Assembly: GCF_001194135.2 (NCBI RefSeq)
Contig: NC_068986.1
Coordinates: 80,508,364 to 80,572,363 of the forward strand
Direction of reading: 5' to 3'
Source of the DNA: Octopus bimaculoides
Taxonomy: Eukaryota
Length of the DNA: 64,000 bases
A model generated the notes under the pieces. The model worked only from the letters and a program-made list of their open reading frames with translations, was not told the origin of the DNA and searched no databases. This document shows, in pieces, positions 50,401-63,019 of the stretch. Numbering within the stretch: position 1 is the first letter of the stretch; each line of letters opens with the position of its first letter. A program made the translations under genes and the position numbers.

Positions 50401-52567
50401 TAAAACACCTACAGCACCCTATAAGATTGCATCAATTCTATCCTTAAAACATTACCCCTTCCAATCAGTGCTGATCAAGGAAGTAAAAACATTTAATTCA
50501 GACAAATAGCTGCAGCATTAATAGTCTTGATAGACCCAAATACTGTGACGGGTATATGTCACCTCCAACTTGCTCACCTCATCTGAGGCTACCATCAGAA
50601 TCTACAAAATTCATAAACAGACTAGACAGATTGTCACATCATATCCCATGCAATTATCATATTTACTCATGTATATGTTGCACTCTTAATTTAGTGTTAT
50701 GTCTTGACACAAAATTTTTATCTTTCATAGTTTTAGCTTTGCTCATGTATAAGTCACGCCCTAGTTTAAATCAGTTAAAATCAAGTATAAAATAGTGCAA
50801 GTTACATATGAATAAATATGGTAAATCAGCATATGCAGCATAGTCATCTGCTAGGTAACAGCATTTTATGTCTGGAATAACAGATCTGTGTACCACATTT
50901 AATATTTGACTGACTACATACTAATTGTCTGTTTCACAAAAATATTAAGACAACAATCTTAGAATGAAGAAGTGACAAATCAAACAGGTTAGCACTTGAA
51001 CTCTGATATATATATATAAATTACTTATACAATAATTATTAGTGACAAAAGCAGCTTTAAATACCAAAAGGTAATATTTATCTCCACTTAAAAGTGAGTG
51101 TTGTGTTAGAACATATAATACTGCGATAGTTGCCAGGAGAAAAATTCTCATATTGGTATTCAGTTCTTGTTTACATCACTAACAGGGAAGGTAATTTATC
51201 TCCCCTCTACCAGCAGTATAAACAAGAGTGCTTATATGCATCAAAAGCCAATAAGAGTTTCTCTTATGGTAATTGTCACAATATTATGTGTTCCAACACA
51301 GTATCCACTTTTAAACAGGGTTAAATGTTAATTATTATACTAAGTAAAACATCTGCTTCAAACCCTTCACAATTTATGCTATTGCTAAGAACCATGACTA
51401 TTTCTGCATCTCAATCATCTCAAATTTTTTCCCTATTACATGTATTTCTCCCTGTAGAGACCAACACATACTAACATGCCAATGTTGATGATAATGATGA
51501 TGATGATGTTTTATGTTGTATGTAATATTTTACAGATCAATAACAGCGATGGCACCACAGCAGCAGGTGCTTTAGCCAAAGCTACAGCTCCAAGTGACAT
51601 GTTACTGAAGTTGGCAAGGACAGCGCCTTATTATAAACGCAACAGGCCACATATATGTTCTTTCTGGGTTAAAGGAGAGTGTAAACGTGGAGAAGAGTGT
51701 CCTTACAGGTAACTATATCTCCATTATTATTCTTCTAGTTGGTCAATTGACGCCTCTCACTTGCAATATCTCTGTATTGTCATTGGACAACACTAAAGGG
51801 TCTTCTTGGCACTACGTTTTCTCCATTTGTTCTGCAACTACTTTAGAAAGTTTATTGGGTGCATTATGTTATAGTACCAGAATTAGTGGGGTTGCTTTGT
51901 ACTATGCAAGACAAAAAATGGTTTTCCTTGTTTAATGTCATCATCATTTATTCTAGGCAATGTGATCAATAAAATAGGTAGAATAGATGATTGCTGAATA
52001 TAAGTTAGGGTAACATGGAAGAAAGGGGCCTGAATATGAAGGGGTAAACAAAGTGGTTACAGTGATAGTAAGGAAGAGAAAACAAAATGAGCTAGAGTGA
52101 AATGGAGAAAGAGAAGAACTGTGATAGTATTGAAGAAAAGGGAATGATAGCAGAGAGTAATGAGAGACTGAGACAGAGAGAGATATAGTGATGAAAATGG
52201 TTGAGATTTATAGGTATGATGGATGTCAATTGTGAATTAGCTTAAAGGGATAGGGAGGCTGGAAAGTAGAGGGTTGATATTTGCTGATGAGGATGAGTAG
52301 AAGTGACAGGATAGTCATGATAAAAGAGTAATGTCAATTAGGGAAGTTACTGGATGGTAACGGACATTATGTAATTCCTTGTTGCTCAGAGGGATAGAGG
52401 TACAGATAATGGTGGTGGAGATTGTGTGCAAACAGATCGGCAGTTCTTCATCATTACACTGATAGCATAGTGTAGTGAACAGGTGAGGGGTCAAAAGATA
52501 AAAGAGTATCCAAGAAGTGAAAGGGGTAGCAAGTGGAAACTTAGTTGGTACAAAATGGGCAATGGCC

Positions 52568-52606
<39 letters not shown>

Positions 52607-55600
52607 ATCTTAGCTTTCATCATTACCTAACATTATTATCATTCATTTCACTATGCTTGCATAAGTGGTCAAGTCTTCTTCAGCACAACATGTTGTCACT
52701 GTCCTTCATCACCTCATCCAAAATCCTTCTTGGTTTTCCTCTGTCACAAGTTTCGTTCTTTGAGATGGTGACAATTCTTCATACAACTGCCATCCTCAGT
52801 ATGCAGTCTTCTTCCTTACATATTACATCTCATATTCAGTTTTTCTTAGCTCATTTGTCCACTACTGTTTATATGCATTAACATAACACATCCAGAGGAA
52901 GAAGCTTGCTACATTTTTTCCCTAGTTTTCATAAAACCCTCTGCATTCAGTACTATGCAGCATCACATAATACATCCCTATATTCTACACACAACATACT
53001 ATAGTCTACATACAATGCACCTATGTATACACTGTATCCTATACTCACACACATCTCTGTGTTGACTATATGCTATACACTGTCTTGCATGCAACTCAAC
53101 TTTATATACACCACCTATACGTCACTACCTATGTGTATTTATATCCTACTCATAACACACCTCTATATACAATATATTATACACAGCTCATTTGTGTATA
53201 TACTATATTCTACACACAACACACTTATATATAAATTATATTCTACACACAACACACCCATCTATATGCTATATTTTACACACAACACTTATATGTCCAC
53301 TATATCAGGTACATAATACATTTGCATATACTATACCATCATGCAACACCTGTACACAACACACCTGTTTATACACCATACATAGGACACACATGTGTAT
53401 ACACTGTACCCTGCATGCAACACACCTGCGTGTATGCTATACACTACACACAACAGTTGTAGATACATCATATTTTATACACCTGTCTGTGCACTACATC
53501 ACCCACCTGTGTATACAAGTTCTCAATTAATAAAAGTTCAATGGTTCTTTAACTGATTACAACATTATGTATTGAAATTGTTTGAATAATTTATTTTCTT
53601 CTGTCCATTTGTAGGCATGAAAAACCCACCGATCCCAATGATCCACTGGCTGATCAAAACATTAAAGACAGATACTATGGCCTTAATGATCCTGTAGCTG
53701 ATAAGCTGATCAAGAGGTATGCAACCATGCCCAAACTAGAGCCACCTGAAGATAAAACTATCACAACATTATATGTTGGAAACCTTGGTGTCCGTATTGC
53801 AGAAAAAGAACTGAGGTAAGTCTCTTTTCATCATTATCATCATCATCATCTTTTAACGACTGTTTTCCATGCTAGCATGGGTTAGACGGTTCGACTGGGG
53901 TCTGGGAAGCCAGGAGGCTGCACCAGGCTCCAGTCTGATCTGGCTGTGTTTCTACAGCTGGATGCCCTTCCTAACACCGACCACTCTGTGAGTGTAGTGG
54001 GTGCTTTTTATGTGCCACTGGCACAGGGGCCAGTCAAGGCAATCAAGTCAAGCTGTTAAATCTTATATCCATTTTCCTATTGTTTGACATGGTTTTTGTA
54101 AGGTTTTTCATAAAGTGTGTGAGTTACTGGTGCTAGTATCTGTAGACAGACAGGCATACTGTAATAGACATTCTGTATATGATGAAGTTATACAATTGTA
54201 TCAGACCAATCTCTCCAGTATTCTACTTCGTATATGTAGGCAAAGAGATTTTTCCACCTAGTCCTACTCACATGTAACCTGTCTGATGCCTGCGAAATAC
54301 ACTTAATCCTTCACTTCCAGAACTGCATTTCTCTGAAATCCCCTAATGACTAACGGTTTCCCTACAGACGTCAACCCAAAGATATTCCTACTAAACACCA
54401 ACTACATTAAACCCTCATCTACACATGCATACGCTTCTATATCCGAGTGTATACATATACATTACAGGTGCAGGAGTAGCTGTGCAGTTATGAAATATAG
54501 GTGCGTCTATGGCTGTGTTCCTACAGATTTTGCTTTGCACCCATGTATTTCCAGGTTCAGTCCTGCTATGTGACACCTTGTGGAATGGCGACAGGAGGAG
54601 CGTTTGGCTCTAGACAATCTGCCTCCATCAATTTATTCTAAACTATGTCAGCATGGAAAAATAGGTGTAAAACCAATCGATTCTCTACATCAAAATATAT
54701 ATATTCTAAATATGTACACGTCTATATTATAAATCTCTATTTTGGTTGTTTTTTTAGCCTATCCTTGATTGTTTTATGTCTTCCTTGTCCAGGGACCATT
54801 TCTATCAGTTTGGGGAAATCCGTTCTATCAACGTGGTCAGTAAGCAACACTGTGCATTTGTTCAGTTTACAAGCCGTTCTGCTGCAGAGTTGGCTGCAGA
54901 ACGTTCTTTCAATAAACTCATCATCCTTGGCCGACGTCTGAACATTAAATGGGGAAGATCTCAGGCTCAACAGACTTTAATGAAGAAGGAAGATATAGAA
55001 AATGAGAATCTTCTGGAACCTGTACCTGGTTTACCTGGTGGTGAGTTGATAAATTTTGCTGCATTTTTGTTGTGGTATAGAATACTTGGTTACTTTAATT
55101 CATAGTGTTGTAAATGGAAGAAGTAGAAGTTATGACAGTCATCTCACATCTAAGATAATGTCATTTTCATTCTATATCCATGTCAGTCTCAGTGGTTTTA
55201 CCTTTGTGGAAGTTGACGCTAAATTGCAGAGTTATCTCCCTTATCATATTACAGTTTGTCATTTCAAAAGCTATGTTGTAGTTTTAGCAATAGGATCTGG
55301 ACTTATGACCATGTAGTAGATGGTTAACTACCTTAACTTGACAGCCATTTAACCATGTAATATGTTTTGTAAAAAATCTGATAATGTACGAAATAATTTT
55401 CACTAGAATTGTGGCTAAGCATCTTTGGACTACAGAATATATTACGTGAAAAATCTGAATTGATTTAAGTTTTCCTGTAATTAACCTTTTAAGTCCTGAC
55501 TACATTACTTCAATGTTAGAAATAACTGGGAACTGTTTAATGATTTATCACTTCCGGATGATAATGATGATCATGGCTATATAAATATCTACTGTTACAA

Positions 55601-58515
55601 TAGATGTTCTGATGTCTTTAGCAGAACCTTCTCTGTTTCAAGCATTTGAGCTACATTTCTGGCATGAGGATGACTTTCTCTGTCATCAACCAATCTTGGA
55701 AACCCTGATAAAGGGTCTTGGCACTAATCTTCCCCACTCTGATTAAATCATATTATAAAACAAAACTAGTAATAATAGTACTACTGCTAATTTAAAGGAA
55801 TTAACATTTATTGTTGTTGTTACAGATTTGATATCTGTTGTTTCTTACTGACATTATTCTGTCAGTTAGCTTAACAAATTCGGTGCCATCTTAAATCTAT
55901 AACTTACTTGAGTGAATTTAAACTATATTTGTATTGCACTGTGAATGATGGTGTGTGCATTTGTATAGTTGTGTGTTTGTGGTTAGATGTGGTTACCATG
56001 ACTGTGCAATATTCTCACGTGTTTTAAATGTCATTTTATATCTTTCCAGCATTACCATTGCCACCTGAAGAACTGACCAACAACTATTTTAATCTTGGCC
56101 AGCCACCACCACTGGTACCTCCACCACCACCACAAGGTGTACCTCCCCGTATTCCACCCCCAATGGCACCACCGTTTAACAATATGCCTCGAGGTCCACC
56201 TCCTCCACCACCAGGTATGAAGTTGCTCTGCCTTAGTTTGTTGTCAATCCTTGCTTTTATTAATCCACTTAGTTTGTGACAGCCCTCATGTATTTCTTCT
56301 GTGCTGCAAAACCACCCCACTCTCTTTCATGAATATTAAGATTGCTATGAGATTGTCCTTTTGTATACAGTCTAACAAGTATAAAATGATCTATGCATGA
56401 TTACTGTTTGTACTGCAGTAACATCAGCAGCATTTACGCATAAATACTGCTGCTAATGTTATAAATTGACCCGATACAACAGTAAGGAGGGCTCCATATT
56501 TGTCACCTCTCTTGTATAGAATATAGTGATAGTTTCTTGTACAGATAACTCTTGATAAATTAATGACTCAATTAAAATTGTTATAAACCCTAAATGAACA
56601 TTTATGACTGCAAATAAATAAAGTCTAATCTTAAATTCCATTGTAGGTTCTCAGTATCAGTCACTCCTCTTTTTTTATATTGCTTCCAAATTTTGTAACA
56701 AGGCTAGCAGTTTCGGGGGCTGGTGTAAGTTGATTACATTGACCCCAGTACTCAAATGGTACTTAATAGTCAATCTTGGCAAAATTTGAACTCAGAACCC
56801 AAAGACAGATGAAACGTTAAACATTTTGCCCAACATGCTAATGTTTCAGCCAGCTTGTCACCTCACTCCTCTTTTTTATATCAATATTAACCCTTCAAGT
56901 ACACTGGTTATTCTGTCAAATGTGATGCTTATTTATTCACATTGTTTTGAATTAATCAGGGATTACCTTGTAACTTTGATTTTACAATTATGTGATTGTA
57001 TATTTTTAAAATGACATTGTAGGGTAATTGTAACAGGCCAGGTTCTGACAGTTTGTAGAATATTTGGGCCGGTTATAGCCAGTTTAAATGCTAAAGGGTT
57101 AAATATGAACCCAGTTCATATTTGATACTAATATAAAATCCAAGTCTTATCTGAAACAAATTCTTGCTATCATGATAAATATTTCTGGATTTGTGTCCCA
57201 TATTGATAAATATTATGTTAGTGTTTTTCACTAAACAGCTTTAAGCATCAGTTAATTAATAACACACTTTTATTAAACTTTGAGAAAAACAATTTAACAA
57301 AGATAATAGTTGACACATATTAAAATATGCAACCAAAAATTTATGTCATTACTAAGCAGTTTAGTGGTTAACTCTTAACCTTTTAGATTACTCGTCAAAT
57401 GTAATGTTTATTTATCCACATTTAAAAAAAATTAAATATGCATTATCATGTAGCTCTGAAATTTCAGTGATGTGATTGTTTATTTTTAAGATGTCATTGT
57501 AGAGTAGGTGTGTGAGGCTAGATCTGGCTGGTTTGAGAATAAAACAAGTAGGATATTTGGGTCAGATATATCTGGTTTAAATGTTAAAGGGTGAAGTGGT
57601 TCCTAAGACCAATTTGCACTTGTTTAGCACTTAACATGACCAAAACTGTAGTTGACCACAGATTCCACTTTGGTAAGGTATTTACCATGGACAGAATGGT
57701 TACATCTGGAAAACTAAATAAATGTTTTAGTTCAAATAATTACACCCATATTTTGATGATTATTTAGTGGTATACAATTGTTTGCTTTTGTATAACAGAT
57801 GACTTAAACATATTTTCTGAATCTTGGTTCACATCTTGCTAGTCTACCTTTCAAGTCTTCATTCTTATTTATCTTATCTATTGACCAATATGGAATATGT
57901 TTGATTTTCCCTTCTGTTTCTTCTTGGCCTACCTGTTTTAGCTCTCTAAGTACACTCTACATTTTCCGCATACAAGGCACCCAATCACAAAAGAAATTTT
58001 ATACTGGTGTCGCAATCGAAAGCCATCAAACTATACAGTTTTGAGTGTGACTGATGAGGGAGAAAATCTCTCCAATGCTGGTATCATACAAACGTGCCCA
58101 GTACAACATTGTAAAGTGGTTGGCAAATGGGCAGAGAATGTATAGGGTTCTCTTATTCAATCCCTAGAAAGTGGATATAAAATTATGGTGCTACAGCTGC
58201 TGCTGCTGCTTCTGATATTTACCTAATCAGATTCTACAGGTGTTATTTCATTTGCAATTTAACTCATTATATCTTTTCTGACAGCTGTTTTGATCACCTG
58301 TAAAACATAACAACCTAACGTCACCATGATTAAATTCAATTCTCTTCCATTTCCCATTTGCAGGTGTCAGACTACCCCCACCACCACCTGGAATATTACC
58401 TGTGCGGCCACCTCCACTGATCCCACCTCGAACTACTCAGCTCAACTCTGTCCACTATCCATCACAAGACCCAACACGTATGGGAGCAGTAACTGTCACC
58501 AACCAGAAGACCTAG
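41249..58515 (+). CDS. RBM22: Pre-mRNA-splicing factor RBM22 (Cwc2/Slt11-like: zinc fingers, RRM, Pro-rich tail), 9 coding exons, 1311 nt, 436 aa
   Basis: The joined exons give [60 protein letters not shown]...[23 protein letters not shown]...TTLYVGNL...HFYQFGEIR...KWGRSQ...[12 protein letters not shown]. All introns are GT-AG with consistent phases. Confidence 0.97.
42880..43623 (+). mobile_element. Head-to-tail array of four S1 SINE copies (first one partial)
   Basis: Units start at ~42880 (3' part only), 42998, 43217 and 43433. The first three end tttgaaac..ttatt; the fourth is more decayed. Confidence 0.75.
43650..43950 (+). mobile_element. tRNA-derived SINE (family S2)
   Basis: ggcttagtggttagggtg...atttcaattcc...gtgttcttgaacaaaacacttc; homologous to 17790-18080. 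Confidence 0.75.
44010..44205 (+). mobile_element. RTE 3' tail copy
   Basis: gagcctgtgctggtggcatgtaaaaagtacccactacactctcggagtgg...ggacgttaaat followed by (gat)n. Confidence 0.8.
44509..44562 (+). CDS. RBM22: RBM22 coding exon 2: [18 protein letters not shown]
   Basis: Poly-T acceptor ttttag, donor atg|gtaagg; 54 nt. Confidence 0.96.
46255..46417 (+). CDS. RBM22: RBM22 coding exon 3: [16 protein letters not shown]...[10 protein letters not shown]
   Basis: Acceptor cctcttattcag, donor g|gttagt; 163 nt. Confidence 0.96.
47546..47582 (+). ncRNA. Minimal type I hammerhead ribozyme motif (Penelope-like-element type) with an A6U core variant
   Basis: tcttt-CTGTTGA-a-gagc-gta-gctc-GAAA-c-g-TC-aaaga. 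Stem I is tcttt/aaaga, stem II is gagc/gctc, stem III is the palindromic ACGT, and the cleavage triplet is GUC (after 47577). Confidence 0.7.
47800..47900 (+). CDS. RBM22: RBM22 coding exon 4: (G)[33 protein letters not shown]
   Basis: Acceptor tgtttgtag, donor gag|gtaagt; 101 nt. Confidence 0.96.
49165..49677 (+). mobile_element. RTE LINE 3' fragment (ORF end plus tail)
   Basis: [34 protein letters not shown]...TEGMTRDWD, followed by the shared tail ending in gatgat. Confidence 0.75.
50107..50277. mobile_element. Tigger/pogo-like MITE
   Basis: ta|cagcaatcccttgactatcgcgg ... ccgtgatatggtgagggattactg|ta; imperfect 24-bp TIR with TA TSD. Confidence 0.7.
51536..51708 (+). CDS. RBM22: RBM22 coding exon 5: INNSDGTT...[18 protein letters not shown] (CCCH finger)
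   Basis: Acceptor ttttacag, donor ag|gtaact; 173 nt. Confidence 0.97.
51960..52980 (-). mobile_element. Decayed RTE LINE 3' fragment with long UTR
   Basis: 52655-52980 is a reverse RTE ORF-end homologue (cf. 31085-31550). 51960-52560 is the purine-rich reverse of a pyrimidine-rich UTR-like segment. Confidence 0.5.
52975..53520 (+). repeat. Degenerate CA/TA-rich minisatellite (~30-35 bp, tatattctacacacaacac core)
   Basis: Repeated tattctacacacaacac(ac) units, clearest at 52980 and 53205-53290. Confidence 0.6.
53615..53815 (+). CDS. RBM22: RBM22 coding exon 6: (R)[22 protein letters not shown]...[17 protein letters not shown]
   Basis: Acceptor ccatttgtag, donor ag|gtaagt; 201 nt. Confidence 0.97.
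53825..54040 (-). mobile_element. RTE 3' tail copy
   Basis: (cat)n then ttttaacgactgttttccatgctagcatggg...ctggatgcccttcc...gtgtagtgggtgctttt. Confidence 0.8.
54793..55040 (+). CDS. RBM22: RBM22 coding exon 7: (R)[25 protein letters not shown]...KWGRSQ...EPVPGLPG (RRM)
   Basis: Acceptor ttccttgtccag, donor g|gtgagt; 248 nt. Confidence 0.97.
56050..56214 (+). CDS. RBM22: RBM22 coding exon 8: (A)[20 protein letters not shown]...GPPPPPP
   Basis: Acceptor tctttccag, donor g|gtatga; 165 nt. Confidence 0.93.
58364..58515 (+). CDS. RBM22: RBM22 coding exon 9 (last): (G)VRLPPPPPG...[20 protein letters not shown]
   Basis: Acceptor ttcccatttgcag; conserved HYPSQDP.RMGA; TAG at 58513-58515. Confidence 0.94.
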
Positions 58516-58746
58516 GATCCAATACCATCTTCATCAGTCAAACTTGTGAACCACACAAATATGACACAACAAAAGAGAATATATATATATATATATATAA
58601 TATCATCATAATGATATTGATGATAATTTGTGTATGTATATAGTGATATATACATATATGTATATGCATATATGTATATACATATATATGTGCATACACA
58701 TGCGTATAATGTGAGTGTATATGAATATATGTATGTTTGTGTGTGT

Positions 58747-58797
<51 letters not shown>

Positions 58798-58853
58798 TTA
58801 TGTGTGTGTATATTTTCACCATATATTGTGTGGTATAAGATGATCTTTAAAGA

Positions 58854-59012
58854 NNNNNNNNNNNNNNNNNNNNNNNNNNNNNNNNNNNNNNNNNNNNNNN
58901 NNNNNNNNNNNNNNNNNNNNNNNNNNNNNNNNNNNNNNNNNNNNNNNNNNNNNNNNNNNNNNNNNNNNNNNNNNNNNNNNNNNNNNNNNNNNNNNNNNNN
59001 NNNNNNNNNNNN
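58854..59012. other. Assembly gap (N run) in a TA/CA microsatellite zone downstream of the RBM22 stop
   Basis: Run of n. Confidence 0.99.
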
Positions 59013-60039
59013 ATATATATATATATATATATATATATACACTTACACATATATATACATATGTACACACATTATATGTAGATATATACACATAAATACA
59101 TATGGACACATATTTTATATATATATTTATATATGCATATACACACACAACATATATGTATGTATATACGTACAGATTAAAGATTAGTTTGACTTTATGG
59201 AGGTATCCTTCGTTAGATTAATTATATACATTTGTATACAAGTAAAAATAATCTTTGAATTTTCCCAAGGATATGAAATGAAATGCTTCTTAACTTTTGT
59301 TTAGTGTTTTCAGTATTAATCTTTGTGTCTTTGCTAAAGTGCACAAGGTCGTTTTCTTTTATAATGGAAAGCAGGTTCACTTTAATTCTGTGAGATTTTT
59401 ACTAAGGAGGGCAAAAACTGAATATTGTGAAACAGTCATGTGATATGTTTGAATTATTATCTGTTTACTGTTTTCCCTCTGATGTCTGCATGAATCAGTC
59501 ATGTGATCAGAGGATTGGTGTTACTTGCAAGTCAGTGAAGTCATGTGACATATAAAAGTTTTTTTCTGAGCTGAACCTAGTGATACATATCCATGCATAA
59601 TTGCAGGTACTAATGTAAATGTGTGTGAACTTCTATACACATCTACATACACACACCCGAACTTCTTCATGCACACATATACATAGAGACAAAAGGTCCT
59701 CAGTAGAATAAAATAATAGTAAAAAAGATGAGTTGGTGAAAATGAATTCCTATTTTCTTGAATTTTCATGTAGAAGAAATACTTAAAACTAGTATTTTCA
59801 TTTCATAGAAAATTTCAAAGACAAATTTTTCAACTTGGACATGTAATTGTTCATGTTTTAAGTGGGTTGTTTCAAATTGTTTTTTATAAAATGTCTTTTG
59901 ATTTCTAAATGATATATTAGATCATCTCATAAGTATTTGAAGAAAGAAAAATCTTGAATTTGGTGTTCCTGCAAATTTCTAAATGTTTGCTTAGATCAGT
60001 TGTTTTCAACTGGAAGGGGCAGGGATATAAGATTTTATG

Positions 60040-60312
60040 TGCAATAAACTGGTTTGCCCCAACTGGCTCCTGTGTTGGTGGCATATAAAAATCACCATCC
60101 AAACGTGGCTGATGCTAGTGTGGCCTTGACTGGCTCCTGTGCTGGTGGCATGTAAAAAGCACCCACTACACTTTCAGAGTGGTTGGTGTTAGGAAGGGTG
60201 TCCAGCTGTAGAAACACTGCCTGATCAGATTGGAGCCTGGCGCAGCCTCCTGGCTTCCCAGACCCCAGTCAAACCGTCCTACCCAAGCCAGCATGGAAAG
60301 CGGATGATGGTG
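60040..60312 (+). mobile_element. RTE 3' tail copy
   Basis: ggctcctgtg.tggtggcat.taaaaa (two units), then gagtggttggtgttaggaaggg...gccagcatggaaagcggatgatg. Confidence 0.75.
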
Positions 60313-61489
60313 ACAAAACATTAAAAAAAACTTGTTTTGCAGTTCGAAATGATATTTATCTAATCAAAGATATGATAGGAGTCTTTTAGACATTGATTGA
60401 CTACCAGGGTTTCCTTCTCCTGATTAAAATAGGAATCAGAGGTCTGTAAGCATAAAATAGTTGAGAACTACTGATTTAGTTCTACATAATGTATTTACTG
60501 TTTGTGTATCCTCACTCATTTGCAGAGGGAGTTTGCAGTATGGCCAACATAGTTAAAACACATCACATGACCTTACTGTCCAAGTTGATTTGAGAACGTC
60601 ACATAACTGCTGATAATATTCAGTTTGTGCCAACGTAAATAAAAATCTCACAGCTGTTATGTGAGCTACATTTGTTTATAAAAGAAGTTATCTGCTCACT
60701 GTAACAAAGACACAGAAAATGACTTTCAGATGCTAGACATGTAGATGAAAGGATGTAGCAAAGAATTAAGAAGTGTTTCATTCCATTTCCTTGGGAAATT
60801 TCTAAGATCTTTTGTACCTTATATGGTTAATTTTTTTATAATTATTATATATGAATACATGTGTGTGTGTGTGTATATATTTATATATATATAGGTGGAG
60901 GTTGGTGACAGGAAGGGCATCTGGCTGTAGAAAACTTGCCACACAAATAGTGCTACACACATATGCACATGCATAGACCCATATATATATACACACACCA
61001 CATGCATATGAATATGTAAATGCACATACAAATACATGTTGGTATGCATATGTGTAGTGTCAGATTTTAAGGGAATAAATTAAGGAATTTTCTCAGTGGG
61101 GCTTTATATCAGGTGACTCGTCACAAGAAATGTTTGATGGTCACCCACAAATTGTACTGTTCTGCTGTAGTTCAGTGTGCAGCTATTTACTGTACTGGTC
61201 ACCTCTCTCTGTAGCTGTATTACACTAGTGACCAGTACATTGTGTATGTCAGATATGACTAGCACTACTTCTGTATCAAAGTTGCATCAGTCTATGTTTC
61301 TATGGCAACTTAAAACACACTGTTGGGGGCTCCATCGCAGTCCCTGCCATCATCTTACTTCCAAACAACAGCTACTGATGTTGTTTCTGGATCATATTTG
61401 TGTTCTGAAAGGAACCAAGTCTTTTTTTTTTTTTTTGTTTGATATTATTTTTTTTAAAAAAGTTTAATTAAATTTCCTTCTGAACTCTG

Positions 61490-61880
61490 CAAGTTTATCT
61501 TTGTCTTTTATTTTTTGTCTTTTACTTGTTTCAGTCATTGGACTGCAGCCATGCTGGAGCTCTGTCTTAAAGGGTTTAGTTGAACAAATCGATCTCAGTA
61601 TATATTTTCGAAATCTGCTCCTTATTCTATTGGTCTCATTTGTTAATGGATCTAAACAAACCAACATCAACAAGGTGGCATAGAGGATAAACACAACACA
61701 AACATATGTAAATCACACACACACACATGACAGGCTTCTTTCAGTTTCTGTTTACCAGTTCCATTCACAAAGCTTTGGTCTGTCCATCTAACCAGGACTA
61801 TAGTAGATGATATTTTCCCAAGGTGTTACACAGTGGAACTGAACCCCAAGACCATTTAGTTGAGAAACTAGCTTTTTACC
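61490..61880 (-). mobile_element. tRNA-derived SINE (family S3)
   Basis: Reverse of the 25757-26138 type: cttttacttgtttcagtcattggactgcagccatgctggagc...gtggaactgaacccc. Confidence 0.65.
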
Positions 61881-63019
61881 CATACAACTCACTATTGTGT
61901 TAGTTTATTGTAATTTGTTTAATCACAGCCGATTAGTTGGAGCCTGCTCGGACTGTTTATTTTAATCTAAGTTTTGAAAAATCTTGCTGATGTTTAATTT
62001 TTTTTCTTTTTTTACAAGTATCAAGTAGTTATGTCTTCACAACTCTTACTGATTCTCATTTTCTTCTCTAAATAAAAGTAGCCATGTAGCTCCTTTACAA
62101 TAAGAACCTGCTCTGCCCCACCCAACAAAAACCTGTTGAGTGGAACAGAACAGCTTCTTCTGGAACCCCCACGAGAATCTACTTTGCCCCATTGTTGGGT
62201 GGGAAGGAACCTGTTCAGCATTTCTGTCATACCTTCACCTTCATCTCCCAGCATAAAGACTGTCTTCCTCCCTGGGTTTTGTAGTCTTGCGGGCTGAATG
62301 GTGACCTTGCTAGAGCTGGTGGCATGAAAATAAGTGCCTACATGCTGTAAAGTGGTTGGGGTTAGGAAGGGCGTGCAGCTGTAGAAACCATACCAAAGCA
62401 GACATGAGCACAGTGCAGTTCTTGGATCCATCAGATCCTATCAAATCATTTACCACATGGTAGATTGAAACATGGACATTAAATGATGATGATGATTGTG
62501 TATTTGTGTGTGTGTGTGTAGAATAAGGGAGAGATTGAAACATTTACGAAAGTAAACATGGATGGTTAAGTTCACATTCTGCAGGTAGGTGCTAAATTCC
62601 TGTTGAAATTCTCTCTCCACTCACGTTTTTTTTGTCAAACTGAACATCAACTCTGCCAGTGTTACTGGTCTTAATGAAGTGCTCCAGCATGGACACAGTC
62701 CAATGATTGAAACAGGTAAAAGACTAAAAAATTTTATATCAGTTTTCTAAGCTATAGTGTTGTAGATACATCAGCTTTGGTTGAATGTTACCACCAGTTG
62801 ACTTGTATTGCTTATGTTTCATACTTCTATCTGAATAGCAGCAATTACACATGCTCTATGTAGATGAAGACTTGATTGTGTGGTTAAGAAGTTTGCTTCC
62901 CAACCACATGGTTTCCAGTTCAGTCCCAATGGGCAGATGTCTTATACTATAACTCTGGGCCGACCAATGTTTTGTGAATGAATTTGGTGGACAAAAATTG
63001 AAAGAAGACCATCGTGTGT

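Noticed and set aside
55557-55616. Box C (ATGATGA, 55564) and box D (CTGA, 55609) with a 4-bp terminal stem as an intronic C/D snoRNA
   Set aside because: It is only ~57 nt, has no clear C'/D' boxes, and I recognise no rRNA or snRNA complementarity of 10 nt or more; ATGATGA is abundant here from (GAT)n repeats. A snoscan or small-RNA check would settle it.
13291-58515. U12-type (minor) introns in WDR45 or RBM22
   Set aside because: All 18 coding-region donors are ordinary U2-type GT sites; none reads (G/A)TATCCTT.
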